This document shows, piece by piece, positions 48,391-58,238 of a stretch of 64,000 bases of DNA. A model generated the notes under the pieces. That model was not told the origin of the DNA, searched no databases, and saw only the letters and a program-made list of their open reading frames with translations. Where the stretch lies: the IMG/VR virus record IMGVR_UViG_2850949226_000003, positions 14,282 through 78,281 of that record. One strand, 5' to 3'. Source of the stretch: a virus (lineage: Duplodnaviria > Caudoviricetes). The position numbers were made by a program, and so were the translations under genes. How positions within the stretch are numbered: position 1 is the stretch's first letter; every line of letters begins with the position of its first letter.

Positions 48391-49122
48391 CTAGAAGCCG
48401 TTTTTCCGTTGGAAAATCGGGCAAATTGATCTGTTTTCGCAGAAGTTAGAGCAAAAGAACGGATTGTAAATAGCTGGATACTGACCGGACTTCATTTTGT
48501 TCCATGTTCCCTTGATCTTTATTTCACCTAACTTCACAAACTTTTCAGTTACTATGAAATCCCTAAACTCATTGAACCTCACAAAATCGAATTCGAACTT
48601 AAAGGGATATTCACCAAATAAAGCTTTACAAGCAATCGAATAAAAATATGGTTGATATTGTTTGTTCAGTATTGACTTTGTATAAGGTTTAGATGTCTTA
48701 TAGTCTCTGACTATTAGCCGGCCTTTTTCATCCTTGTAAACAAGGTCTATGAAACCGTGGAGGGGAGGGATAGTGAAGTCTATAGGTACTGTAAACTCCA
48801 CTTCCGCACCTACAATATTCAAGCGATTTAGCTCACTCCATTTGCGTTCGATAGCTTCTCGCCCTTGTTTATAGTAATCAGACCTATTTCTTTCCGGAAC
48901 TTTACATGAAGGAAAGTCGGAATCGAATTTCCTGAAGGCCTGTTCCAACAAAACAATTTCTTTTTTTGCTATTCCTTCATAAATGCTGTGATTCAATGTT
49001 CCGTAATCGGCGTACCAATCGACCGTTTCATCACCGATGCCAACTGTTTTCAAATATTTTAAGTCGTAAGCAAGAGGGCATTGGTTGTAAAGCGACATTC
49101 TCGAAGGTGAAATGTACTCCAT
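48391..49122 (-). CDS. PD-(D/E)XK nuclease, Cas4/AddB-like with 4 Cys
   Basis: SPSR...CPL, GFIDLV...RDYKT, QPYFY, CSNFCENRSIC. Confidence 0.85.
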   Translation of the reverse strand: MEYISPSRMSLYNQCPLAYDLKYLKTVGIGDETVDWYADYGTLNHSIYEGIAKKEIVLLEQAFRKFDSDFPSCKVPERNRSDYYKQGREAIERKWSELNRLNIVGAEVEFTVPIDFTIPPLHGFIDLVYKDEKGRLIVRDYKTSKPYTKSILNKQYQPYFYSIACKALFGEYPFKFEFDFVRFNEFRDFIVTEKFVKLGEIKIKGTWNKMKSGQYPAIYNPFFCSNFCENRSICPIFQRKNGF

Positions 49123-49748
49123 TAATAACCACGGCCTGTTTCCGATTCAATGATGATGCGCGTGCCGCTAGGGTGATATGAAAGTGGTCGATCGATAAAG
49201 TCCATAACAGTGTTGTGCCAAAAAGAAAAGCCTTCAGATTTCGGGCATTTGATTTTTTCTTTGATGTGAGAAAAGACTTTCCATGTAACTTCGCAATCAT
49301 TTACTGCATCGTGGTGTCGATTGTTTTTGATGCCTAAACGCTCTGCTGTAGGTCCCAAAGAAGGATTACTGTCCGGATAGAGAACTTTTGCTAGAGTTCG
49401 AGTGCATACGAAATCATAAAACTCTTCAATTTGATCTCCGTCAGGATGTTTCCAGTGGATGAAACTTAAATCAAACGGGGCGTACTGGATTACCATAATT
49501 GAACCATCAATAAAATGGTCCAAGGCCAGCACTGCTACTTCTTCGGCCATTCCTGTCGAACATAGTTCTTCAGTTATGTGCGGTGTATACTCCGACGGCT
49601 TTCGACCTTCTGTTAACTGAACATAAGTATTGAAGAGGGCTATCTGGTTGCCATCCTTTGTATATTTAATAGCTGATATTTGGGTGATTTGATCTTTTTC
49701 AGGGTCTAATCCTGTAGTCTCCAAGTCAATAACTACATAAGTTTGCAT
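49122..49748 (-). CDS. DnaQ-like 3'-5' exonuclease
   Basis: VVIDLETTGLD, APFDLSF, HHDAVNDC (DEDDh). Confidence 0.9.
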   Translation of the reverse strand: MQTYVVIDLETTGLDPEKDQITQISAIKYTKDGNQIALFNTYVQLTEGRKPSEYTPHITEELCSTGMAEEVAVLALDHFIDGSIMVIQYAPFDLSFIHWKHPDGDQIEEFYDFVCTRTLAKVLYPDSNPSLGPTAERLGIKNNRHHDAVNDCEVTWKVFSHIKEKIKCPKSEGFSFWHNTVMDFIDRPLSYHPSGTRIIIESETGRGY

Positions 49749-49775
49749 AGAAATTCCTCCGATCGATTATAATTT

Positions 49776-49958
49776 TTAGCCGTATATATTAAAAAATTTC
49801 TTTAAAATCCAGAAAAACAGAAACAGGTACATTACCGAAAGGATCGCAAAGCCTGCGGTAAGAATACTGTTATCGATCGAGTAATTAAACCAAGCCAGAA
49901 AACCAGAAATCATTAATCCTAAAAGCGCCATGAGCATTACTTTTATAAATTTCAACAT
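49776..49958 (-). CDS. Small two-TM protein
   Basis: RBS GGAGG; two hydrophobic stretches. Confidence 0.6.
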   Translation of the reverse strand: MLKFIKVMLMALLGLMISGFLAWFNYSIDNSILTAGFAILSVMYLFLFFWILKKFFNIYG

Positions 49959-49973
49959 TAGCTCTACCTCCGA

Positions 49974-50990
49974 TTATTTGTAATGTATTGCGTTTTTCAG
50001 GGTCATCGTCCATTGTTCAAGGGTCAAATCTTCCGGATCGGCGTGAAATCCAATGTTAGCTATATAGACCCCTTGATGGCCTCGCTGAAGTAATTTGTTG
50101 GCGAGAGATATAGAAGCAACTTGACCAGCCATTGTTTCAGATGCGTCGAAGTCATAGAGAATCACAACATTAACTTTCATGTACATAAGAAGATCAATTT
50201 GCCTTTCAGTAACAGAAGTGGAGAGGGTACCGACGAAATTCTGATAGCCATATTGATCTGCTCTCCAAACAGCATTTGCGCCTTCTGTAACTCCTACCCA
50301 ACCTCTCTCTTGCGCGTTGTTAAAAGCTCTTATGAAGTTATAGAGGGTTAATTTAGCTGATTCACCTGTACCTTCCAAGAACTTATATTTAGGCTCTATT
50401 CTGTCATTGAGAGTTCTCCCTTGAATCGATACCAAGTACCCTCTTTCATCAACAATAGGGATCGTGAGACGATCCTTCATCTCGCCGTAAGTGCACCAGC
50501 CTAACTTATACCTTTCTGCGATTTCAGGCGTGTACCCCCGATCTCTCCAATAAGGATGTAAACCTTTTTCGAATGTCTCAAATATACCAACGTCGATGGG
50601 TTCAGGACGCTCTAATTTTCGTTGTGCTGGATTTGAAAGGTCGGGGATAGTGTTATCACCTTCATACCCATTATCCTTCCCTGAAGCAAAAATAAGCTGA
50701 TCTAAGGCGCCCCTAAAACTTAACCCTAAGATTTTGGTCATGAAATCAAGTAGGTCGTAATTAGTACAAGTTTTTCCTGTAAAATCTGTGACATAATATT
50801 TACCCATCTCATAGTTGTAAGTAATCCCGACGCCGTGGGGGTTATCGCCGCCCCTCCACCAAGCATGACAGCGCCAATCGGGTCTATTTCCTAATTGTTT
50901 CGGTACAGGGCCGCCCAAAAAAGTCAACAAGAGAGGAATTTGGACTTGTTGGTTAAGTTTTTTGATTTCGTCTTGTGTAACCAATGTCAA
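49974..50990 (-). CDS. DnaG-type primase (TOPRIM)
   Basis: RLTIPI, QGR...PKYK, VTEG, YDFD...AG. Confidence 0.85.
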   Translation of the reverse strand: MTLVTQDEIKKLNQQVQIPLLLTFLGGPVPKQLGNRPDWRCHAWWRGGDNPHGVGITYNYEMGKYYVTDFTGKTCTNYDLLDFMTKILGLSFRGALDQLIFASGKDNGYEGDNTIPDLSNPAQRKLERPEPIDVGIFETFEKGLHPYWRDRGYTPEIAERYKLGWCTYGEMKDRLTIPIVDERGYLVSIQGRTLNDRIEPKYKFLEGTGESAKLTLYNFIRAFNNAQERGWVGVTEGANAVWRADQYGYQNFVGTLSTSVTERQIDLLMYMKVNVVILYDFDASETMAGQVASISLANKLLQRGHQGVYIANIGFHADPEDLTLEQWTMTLKNAIHYK

Positions 50991-51166
50991 ACCTCCTTGT
51001 CATAATGTCCTTCATCTATCTGCTTTTTCAGTTCTTTAACAGTAATTAAACAGCCCAAGAGCATATCTTTTTTATTAGGTCTGTTTAAGATCAGAGGATT
51101 TCTTAGGTCACTTTCTAAAGTGACGATCATTTTGGTTAACCTTTTCAGAAATTTATCCTTGTTCAT
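50987..51166 (-). CDS. Small hypothetical protein (59 aa)
   Basis: Manual: MNKDKFLKRL...DEGHYDKEV; RBS GGGGAG; stop overlaps primase start. Confidence 0.65.
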   Translation of the reverse strand: MNKDKFLKRLTKMIVTLESDLRNPLILNRPNKKDMLLGCLITVKELKKQIDEGHYDKEV

Positions 51167-51221
51167 AAATGTTATGACTCCCCTTTATAACCGTTGCGTA
51201 ACGGAAAGGATTGTTTTAGTA

Positions 51222-52562
51222 TTACAACTCCCTTATCCGATGAATTTCCTGTTTGAAATCAAATTCCACTCGTTTCCCAACATCCCTCGCTTTTACTTTC
51301 CGCCCCATAATAAGCTCTATATAATGGGTTCCAAATTGTTCTGGATCAGTAGGATCACGGTGATCGAGTCGGCAAATGACATCAGCCAGTTTTGTGAAAT
51401 GAGATGTTTCCGCGAATTTATGTTTTCCATCGGTTACATGCAGGTGATACATTTGACCGGATGTAATAACAGGAATATCGCATTGTTTCGCGATTTTCTC
51501 TTTCAAGGTATCGATTTTTGAAGCCATGATCATATCCAATCGACCTTTTTCAGCTTCGTGAGATTGAATCTTTACATAATCATAAATGAAAAGTCCGATT
51601 CCGTGTTTAAGCTGAAGGAGTTTGACTTTGCTCTCAAGCTCATTATTGGTCAGTTCGTTAGCATTGAAGTGATAAAAAGGAACTTGTTCTATGCGTTTCC
51701 AAGCTTCTTCGACTCTTTGTTCTTCTTCGGGGGTGAGGGTATCATCAGAAATTTTGTCTTCCTCAACTCCTGATATCTTGCTACAGATACGAATTAATTG
51801 TTCTTCTTCGGTCATCTCTGTGTCACCATAGGCGACAGGAACTCCTAACTTATCTGCTATGTTCCATCCTAAATCAGTCATCCAAGTGGATTTACCGACT
51901 TTTTCGGGGGCACCAAATACATAAAGAGCTTTATTTCTTAACCTTTTGATTAAAGCGTTTGTTTTTGGATATAGAAAACTTATATCGATACCACGAAATT
52001 CTTTGCTCTTGATTGACTCCTTAACTTTTGAAACACTCTTGCCGATTTGTTGGACATCATCATCCATATTTAAGTTGTCTGCAAGGCTATATGTCATTTC
52101 TTTGATACGATTATCCAACTCTTCTACGTCGGCGAACTGTCTGTTCATTTCGTGATCTATATTGGTTTCAGCAGACTGTTTGATCTTTTCGGCAATATTT
52201 ACCGCGTTCCTTCGATAAGCTAAACTTTTAATTACGGCTACTTGATCCTTAACAGCGGGGGATTTCGGTAACGAGAAGTCTCGAAGTTCTGCTTCAATAG
52301 TCGGCGCTCCACCTATCCCTTGTAGAACAGAAAAAGCTTCTCTGTTCTCCGTTTCCAGAAAGGTCATAATCCCTTCTGCTGTTACATCACCTTTTAGCGA
52401 TAGATGTTTAATAGCTGTGAACAAATAGCGGAATGGAACGAAATAAAAGTCAGATGGTTGTAAAGCTTGTGCGAGTTCGACAATAGAAGAGGGGCGGTTG
52501 TACATAACTTTTACGATGTATTTTTCAACTGACTCACTATACAATTCCGGCCCGTTACTCAT
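51222..52562 (-). CDS. DnaB-like replicative helicase
   Basis: LQPSDFY N-domain, GAPEKVGKS, DTEM, IYDYVK, PVITSGQ. Confidence 0.9.
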   Translation of the reverse strand: MSNGPELYSESVEKYIVKVMYNRPSSIVELAQALQPSDFYFVPFRYLFTAIKHLSLKGDVTAEGIMTFLETENREAFSVLQGIGGAPTIEAELRDFSLPKSPAVKDQVAVIKSLAYRRNAVNIAEKIKQSAETNIDHEMNRQFADVEELDNRIKEMTYSLADNLNMDDDVQQIGKSVSKVKESIKSKEFRGIDISFLYPKTNALIKRLRNKALYVFGAPEKVGKSTWMTDLGWNIADKLGVPVAYGDTEMTEEEQLIRICSKISGVEEDKISDDTLTPEEEQRVEEAWKRIEQVPFYHFNANELTNNELESKVKLLQLKHGIGLFIYDYVKIQSHEAEKGRLDMIMASKIDTLKEKIAKQCDIPVITSGQMYHLHVTDGKHKFAETSHFTKLADVICRLDHRDPTDPEQFGTHYIELIMGRKVKARDVGKRVEFDFKQEIHRIREL

Positions 52563-53103
52563 TGCTTTCGTTCAACCTCCCGATGTTCATGATATACATG
52601 AGCCTTTTTATATTTCTTTCTAAATCCGAAGGGGAGTTGTTTTCTAAAGCAATATCAAATTCAGTGAAAGCCGCAAATTTAACTTCGTCATGCTTAATTC
52701 TCTCAAAAGCTTGTATAACACCTCTTTGTTTTTTCATACGTTCATATCTAATGCCATCTAGTGCAGTTATATAAACAATGATTAAATTTTCACGGCCTAC
52801 ATTTTCGATTAATTCATAAATTCCAGCAGGATCGATAATGTAGACATCGTTTTTCTCAAATTGTTGTTTCGTAGCTCCATACTCATAGCCATCAAACATC
52901 GTATAAGCCACTAAATCGCCCCGTAGAGCGTCGAATTCTTTAGGGGATACAAATATATGTCCACCCTCATTTTCGAATCTCCTAGGCCTTGTAGTGAAGC
53001 TATCGATGGATGAAAATCCATGCTCCTTTAGTTTGTTTGCAATTGTGGTTTTCCCGGTACCACTTTTACCCACGAGGCACAAAGTCTTTTTCATCAAAAT
53101 CAA
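52555..53103 (-). CDS. Guanylate kinase-like nucleotide kinase
   Basis: GKSGTGKTT, SFTTRPRR, YEYG. Confidence 0.85.
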   Translation of the reverse strand: MILMKKTLCLVGKSGTGKTTIANKLKEHGFSSIDSFTTRPRRFENEGGHIFVSPKEFDALRGDLVAYTMFDGYEYGATKQQFEKNDVYIIDPAGIYELIENVGRENLIIVYITALDGIRYERMKKQRGVIQAFERIKHDEVKFAAFTEFDIALENNSPSDLERNIKRLMYIMNIGRLNESNE

Positions 53104-53123
53104 CTTCCTTTTTCATTGTTACT

Positions 53124-53816
53124 TCATGAAGCATATTGCTCCCATAGTGGCCTAACTTTTTTGAGCAATCTTGAAACATGAACTTGTGAGATGCCAACGA
53201 TTTCTCCAATTTCTCTTTGAGTCAATCCTTCATTCATTGCTAGTTCAAGGACCGACCTAGTTCTGCCGTCTAACGTTTCCATGAACTCATTTACGATAAC
53301 GGAAGAATAATCTTCAAATGTTTTTAATGTGTCACCAAGGGTAAAGGCTGAATCCTCTGAATGACTATCATCAAAAACTTTTTTGTTTATAGATAGTGCC
53401 CGATCTCTTCCGTACCATTCCATAGCTCTTTCGACGAAACGTAGTTCAACTCCAATTTTCTCTGCAATAACTTCATTCGGTTCTTCTTCGAGGTCAAGTT
53501 TAGCGACGCTTCTCCATACCCTTTTAAAAATGCGAGGAAATTTGATCATAGATTGATCTCTTAGGTGTCTTTGAATTTCTCCGTGCATCATAGGGACTGC
53601 GTAAGTAGAGAATTTCGTGTTGAATTTTTTATTATCATAGTTTTTGTACGCCTTGACCAGACCGACGAGAGCCAGTTGTGTAATATCTTCGTATTCGTCT
53701 GAAGTATTCCCGATCTTGCTGTAATATCTTTTTGCTACATGGTGGGCCAATTTGATATTTTGCTCTATAAACTCATTTAGAGGTATACCGATTTGATCGT
53801 TATAGACTTCTTGCAT
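53124..53816 (-). CDS. SigF/SigG/SigB-type sigma factor
   Basis: NIKLAHHVAKRY, EDITQ...GLVKA, KFSTYAVPMMHGEIQRHLRD, TQREIGEIVGISQVHVSRL; ATG 53816 after GGGGG. Confidence 0.9.
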   Translation of the reverse strand: MQEVYNDQIGIPLNEFIEQNIKLAHHVAKRYYSKIGNTSDEYEDITQLALVGLVKAYKNYDNKKFNTKFSTYAVPMMHGEIQRHLRDQSMIKFPRIFKRVWRSVAKLDLEEEPNEVIAEKIGVELRFVERAMEWYGRDRALSINKKVFDDSHSEDSAFTLGDTLKTFEDYSSVIVNEFMETLDGRTRSVLELAMNEGLTQREIGEIVGISQVHVSRLLKKVRPLWEQYAS

Positions 53817-53884
53817 TTTCAATCCCCCATTTTTTATATTTAGCATTCCAACCGCGGGTTCCTTGGTCCAGAATTAGAATCTTT

Positions 53885-54124
53885 TTAGTTAGTATCGAGA
53901 TCAATCATAAGTTCACCGTTGAGATATTTCTCAAGTTCTTCGGGCGTCAATTTTGTTTCTTTGACTTCTGAACTTAATTCGGACCAATCTTTATAATCAT
54001 TTACAGTTCTACAGCCATGCACCTCTAAATCGACGATTCCGTTAGGGTCCTGGTCAATCAATTTTTTCGTGTAATTAGAAGGGAAAATCCTAACCAATTT
54101 TACGAACCTCCTTTCTTGTACCAA
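53885..54124 (-). CDS. Hypothetical protein
   Basis: In operon; start uncertain. Confidence 0.5.
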   Translation of the reverse strand: MVQERRFVKLVRIFPSNYTKKLIDQDPNGIVDLEVHGCRTVNDYKDWSELSSEVKETKLTPEELEKYLNGELMIDLDTN

Positions 54125-54476
54125 CCTTCCAATGATCTGTCCTTTTACCTTGGAGGTAAGTAGTGATTAAAACGAACAATCTACCTTTCTTTTGTGTGAT
54201 GAAAGTGCACCGCGCATTTTTGGAGCCTGATATTTCGCGCCTTACTTCGACGCCGCCTCTCAAAAATTTTGCTAATTGAGTATTCCGGAACTTACTCTCA
54301 AGAATGGCTTTCTCGCGATCTAACTTTTTTCGCGCGTCCTTGTCGCCTTTATTGGCCAAGGATTCTAATTCGTTGTATTCGGCTTGTGTCATGATTTCAG
54401 CACGAATCAAATATTGCTCTAACGCATGATCAGTTATAATTACTTTCGCTCCTTTTAAAAAATCCTTTCTCTTCAT
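54090..54476 (-). CDS. Hypothetical protein with ITDHA..Y..R motif
   Basis: RBS AAGGAG; motif seen in DUF4258/RelE-like folds. Confidence 0.6.
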   Translation of the reverse strand: MKRKDFLKGAKVIITDHALEQYLIRAEIMTQAEYNELESLANKGDKDARKKLDREKAILESKFRNTQLAKFLRGGVEVRREISGSKNARCTFITQKKGRLFVLITTYLQGKRTDHWKVGTRKEVRKIG

Positions 54477-54548
54477 CAGATAAACTCCTTTTTGATTTTT
54501 TATAATTAAATGTTTAAGAAGTTCTCGTTTTGGTTATATAAAATAATG

Positions 54549-54833
54549 TCATTTATTTTGGTGGGGAGAATTTCGAGAAAGCTCTTTTAACCAATTCCAA
54601 TCTTTTGTGTCGAGAGCAAGGTCTTTGTATAATTCCTCAAGAATCTTAGATTGCTTTGAGTTTAGGGATGAATCAAGTTTTTTGAGTTGGCTTGAACGTA
54701 AGACATCAAAATGCCTTGTGGGAGATACAAACTGGACTCCCCACACTCCATTACCCATGTTTTCTACAATAAAGCCTTTTTTTGAGGTGTTTTTCGTCAT
54801 TACCCAATCTTCAACTTTTAAACCTTTAGCCAA
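54549..54833 (-). CDS. IDEAL-domain protein
   Basis: C-terminal DLALDTKDWNWLKELS. Confidence 0.7.
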   Translation of the reverse strand: MAKGLKVEDWVMTKNTSKKGFIVENMGNGVWGVQFVSPTRHFDVLRSSQLKKLDSSLNSKQSKILEELYKDLALDTKDWNWLKELSRNSPHQNK

Positions 54834-54897
54834 TATTATTACCCCCTTGGGTCTAATTAGTTCAAAAACAACAGGAGCGATCTGTGATTTATAACAG

Positions 54898-55350
54898 CTA
54901 CCATTTATTATTGTTCATCCACTTGGGGGATCGGTTCCTGCTGTTAATTTTATTATACTCATTTGTTATAACTTTATCAACAGAATAATGATCATTTTGG
55001 TTATATAATTTATCATTTTCTTTTTCTTTCATGGCGATGATCGCGCGTCTTTTTCGCCAGTATTTAATTGAGTCACCCAAAACATTGTATCCCAGGCTGG
55101 CAATTGATCTAAAGTTGTAATTCATCATTTTGCTGTATTCAATAGTATCCATAATGATTTCATTTATTGAGAGGTCTGTTTCGATGTTGTTTGATTCAAT
55201 GTAGTCTTTAACGTTTTTTCGGAGTTGTGACAATTTTATCCCTAACATTCGTTTCTCTGATGGGGTGAAAGGTTTATCTCCTTCGAAATAAAGGATGAAT
55301 TTATCTAAAATATGTCGAGAGTTGAACTTTTCTTTTGGCATAAAGAACAC
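54898..55350 (-). CDS. Phage hypothetical protein
   Basis: 150-aa ORF with RBS GAAAGG. Confidence 0.6.
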   Translation of the reverse strand: MFFMPKEKFNSRHILDKFILYFEGDKPFTPSEKRMLGIKLSQLRKNVKDYIESNNIETDLSINEIIMDTIEYSKMMNYNFRSIASLGYNVLGDSIKYWRKRRAIIAMKEKENDKLYNQNDHYSVDKVITNEYNKINSRNRSPKWMNNNKW

Positions 55351-55399
55351 CCTTTCATTTTAATAAAGAGGGGGAGAGGAGGAAGCTCCCCTATAGCCA

Positions 55400-56068
55400 T
55401 CAAATAGAGAAATTGTCTGCGTGTTGAGCTAGGCGACCACGAAAGTTTTTGGTCAATTTATGCACACCGCAATAAGGCTCTTTACTAAACCATTCCATGT
55501 AATCTGCAAATCCAGATAAGCTTGAGTCCTTTAGATCACATTGACCGATGTGGCCGATAACAATAACCTTCGTATTATCGTGAACCCTGGTTAACACTTT
55601 CTTTAATTCACCGTGAGTGAAATTTTGTGCTTCATCTATGATCAACGTGCAAGCCTTTTTGTTAGTGCCGCGCATGAAGACATGAGATTGTGGGAATACC
55701 CAATGGCGTCCTTGTTTAAGAGCTAGCGAATCTTTTTCGTTATAAATCGCTTGTAGGGGATTCTCTTTGATAGTCTCCAAAGCGTCTACCAAAGGCTGAC
55801 GGTATGCTAATTCTTTTTCATTTTGATCTCCAGGCCGATAACCCATTTTGCCTTCTTCGACAGGAGAGAAGACGTAATATAAATCTTGTTCAGGGTTCAT
55901 GTCCTTCATAATTCTCGCAGAAGCTACAGCCAAAGTCGTTTTGCCTGTGCCTGCTTTAGCGTTTACAAAAGTAATTTGATTGTCGAAAATCGAATCAACG
56001 TATGCGTTTTGTTCATCCGTTAAATTTAAGCCAAAAAACAATTCGTATTTTCCTAAAGGTCTGGGCAT
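55400..56068 (-). CDS. phoH: PhoH-family ATPase
   Basis: AKAGTGKT, FMRG, IIDEAQN, LTR, GHIGQCDL. Confidence 0.9.
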   Translation of the reverse strand: MPRPLGKYELFFGLNLTDEQNAYVDSIFDNQITFVNAKAGTGKTTLAVASARIMKDMNPEQDLYYVFSPVEEGKMGYRPGDQNEKELAYRQPLVDALETIKENPLQAIYNEKDSLALKQGRHWVFPQSHVFMRGTNKKACTLIIDEAQNFTHGELKKVLTRVHDNTKVIVIGHIGQCDLKDSSLSGFADYMEWFSKEPYCGVHKLTKNFRGRLAQHADNFSI

Positions 56069-56098
56069 GTCGATTCTCCTTTTAAGGTAAGGTGGGGA

Positions 56099-56644
56099 TC
56101 AACATTCCTGGTCTTCGTCCAACTCATGGAAAAGGACCTTGCGAACTTTTGATCCTTCTTTATACCATTCCGTGCCACAATCGACACAGTAGGAGTGAGG
56201 CTTTGTTTTCTTGTTACCTTTACCACAACTACCTTCTGCATCTAACTCTTCATCCCAATAACAATTATTGAGATCGTTAACCCTCTCCGATCCACAATCA
56301 GGACATTTAAGGAAGTTATCATGTTGTATGACTGTGTATGCTTTTATAGAGCGCCGTCCTCCGCTAGTTTTGGGAATTTCGTAACCTTCTTTTTGAATGA
56401 GTCTTTTGGCGACACCTTTTCCCATGCCTAATTCTTTTTCAATAATGAACGGCGTTACTCCATTTTTAAAACGGTCGATTATCAAAGAACGTAAACCATC
56501 GCTATAATGCCGCCCCGATACGGTGTTCTCTTTTTTGAACTGCTGTAACATCTTCAGCACTTCTTCCTCGCTTTTATCCACATCATAAGCAATCGAATTG
56601 ATATCATATCCGTAACAATAAACAGTCAAAACATGATCCAACAC
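56099..56644 (-). CDS. HTH plus Zn-ribbon protein
   Basis: HTH-like N-terminus; CPDCGS...CVDCGTEW. Confidence 0.6.
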   Translation of the reverse strand: MLDHVLTVYCYGYDINSIAYDVDKSEEEVLKMLQQFKKENTVSGRHYSDGLRSLIIDRFKNGVTPFIIEKELGMGKGVAKRLIQKEGYEIPKTSGGRRSIKAYTVIQHDNFLKCPDCGSERVNDLNNCYWDEELDAEGSCGKGNKKTKPHSYCVDCGTEWYKEGSKVRKVLFHELDEDQEC

Positions 56645-56667
56645 TTCAAACTCCCCCTCGAATGATT

Positions 56668-57207
56668 TTATACAAATAAATATTTGTATCCTAAATCAAT
56701 AAGTTCTTCTTTCCAATCATCATAATTAGCTTTATAAATCGCTATCAGTTTGCCGATATCTTCATCAAAAGCATCTTCTTCACTACAAATAGCTTTGCCG
56801 ACGTATTCAACCTCGAGAGTTTTCTCGTTTCTGACGATCGCTTCTACGATACCCTTTTCACGAACTACACGAAAATCAACTTTATACCCAAGGCTTTTCC
56901 ACTCTCTGATTTCCCGATTAATTAATTTCTGTTCTTCGGTACGGGGTTTTTGGTTATCAACAGATTTCAGAATTTTGTGGACAACTTTTTTTATTTCTTC
57001 AAGCTTTGACACAGAAACACCAATCTCAATATTTTCTATGTTTCTCTTCGTTTCTCTTGGACCAAAATCGTTAGTCTTTACAGCTTTATCTGTTAGATCA
57101 AGTGCTTTAAAAACTTTGTGGTAATAATAGGGACCTAACTCGAAATAAAATATCTCTGCTAACTGTTCAACGGAATATCGATCAAGGATTTCTTTTAAGT
57201 GATCCAA
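56668..57207 (-). CDS. Phage hypothetical protein
   Basis: GKAICSEEDAFDEDIGKLIA motif common in Firmicutes phages. Confidence 0.65.
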   Translation of the reverse strand: MDHLKEILDRYSVEQLAEIFYFELGPYYYHKVFKALDLTDKAVKTNDFGPRETKRNIENIEIGVSVSKLEEIKKVVHKILKSVDNQKPRTEEQKLINREIREWKSLGYKVDFRVVREKGIVEAIVRNEKTLEVEYVGKAICSEEDAFDEDIGKLIAIYKANYDDWKEELIDLGYKYLFV

Positions 57208-57236
57208 TTCAATTCCTCCTTCAATAAAGGGGAGAG

Positions 57237-58238
57237 TTATTCCCCGTTTGATCCCATTTCACTTTCCACGAGTCCTTTGAAGTGGGTAAAAGCTTTGTCT
57301 GCTTCTTCACTGTTTAATTCATATGGATTCATTTTTCCAGTGATCTCTTTTAAGTGATTAACTGCTTCTTCATCACTTAACTGCAACGCTCTAACCAATT
57401 CAATTACGTTCTCGATTTTTTGGCTCAATTTAGAGTCGGTACGAATTGTGTTCTTTTCGACCTTTTCGTCTATTTCAGGAGCATACCCCTTATCTTTGTT
57501 AGCCATTTCAAAGAGCATTGGAATAAGGTCGAAGTTGCTGAAGTTATCAATTTCAGGTGCCAAAAGATTGTTGCCTTCTTTATCGATAATGCGGCTTTTC
57601 TTCAGTACGGCCTTGTGTTTTTTGCCAGCCTTAGAGAGGATATAATGAACATCCATTTCGTGTATTAAACGCTTCTCGCAATCAGCCTTAATTGGCTCGT
57701 TCGGATCAACTTTCATAAACGCTGACTTTAGATAATTATCAGAAGCATGTGCTGTTATAAAGAGATTTACATTGAGTTTTTTGAAATTCCGGATAATGTC
57801 ATAAAACTTGTTTTTAGGAAAGGCGTATTCGTTAGGTTCAAGGCGTTTTTTATTCGGCTCTCCGTTATTTCTCAATTCTTTCAAGTAGTCGTTGATGATT
57901 CGGTTATATAAGACTGTACCTGAATCCAAAAGAATTGATTTCCACGGAAGTTGCGCCCCTTGAGATTGAGCTAGAAGGAGTTGCTCGCTGTACCATAAAA
58001 TATTATCCGGATCGGTCGGATCGAAGCCTGGGATTTTTTTGTTTTGAAAAACATCAAACTTCTTAACTTTTGCATATTGGCCGGAACCTTGTTCCATATC
58101 GAAAACAAGCAGAGGGCCTGGTGCGCCGTAAATTACTGAAGAAGTTTTTCCGCACCCAGAAGGAGCTGTTAACAATACTTTGAGAAGAGTCTCTTGTTGT
58201 TCGGCAGGTTGAATAAAATCATTCAAATTAAAATCCAT
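57237..58238 (-). CDS. Sak4-like (AAA_24) single-strand annealing ATPase
   Basis: KVLLTAPSGCGKT, DMEQGS, LLDSGT, ITAH; ATG 58238 after GGAGG; lies near the SSB gene. Confidence 0.8.
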   Translation of the reverse strand: MDFNLNDFIQPAEQQETLLKVLLTAPSGCGKTSSVIYGAPGPLLVFDMEQGSGQYAKVKKFDVFQNKKIPGFDPTDPDNILWYSEQLLLAQSQGAQLPWKSILLDSGTVLYNRIINDYLKELRNNGEPNKKRLEPNEYAFPKNKFYDIIRNFKKLNVNLFITAHASDNYLKSAFMKVDPNEPIKADCEKRLIHEMDVHYILSKAGKKHKAVLKKSRIIDKEGNNLLAPEIDNFSNFDLIPMLFEMANKDKGYAPEIDEKVEKNTIRTDSKLSQKIENVIELVRALQLSDEEAVNHLKEITGKMNPYELNSEEADKAFTHFKGLVESEMGSNGE

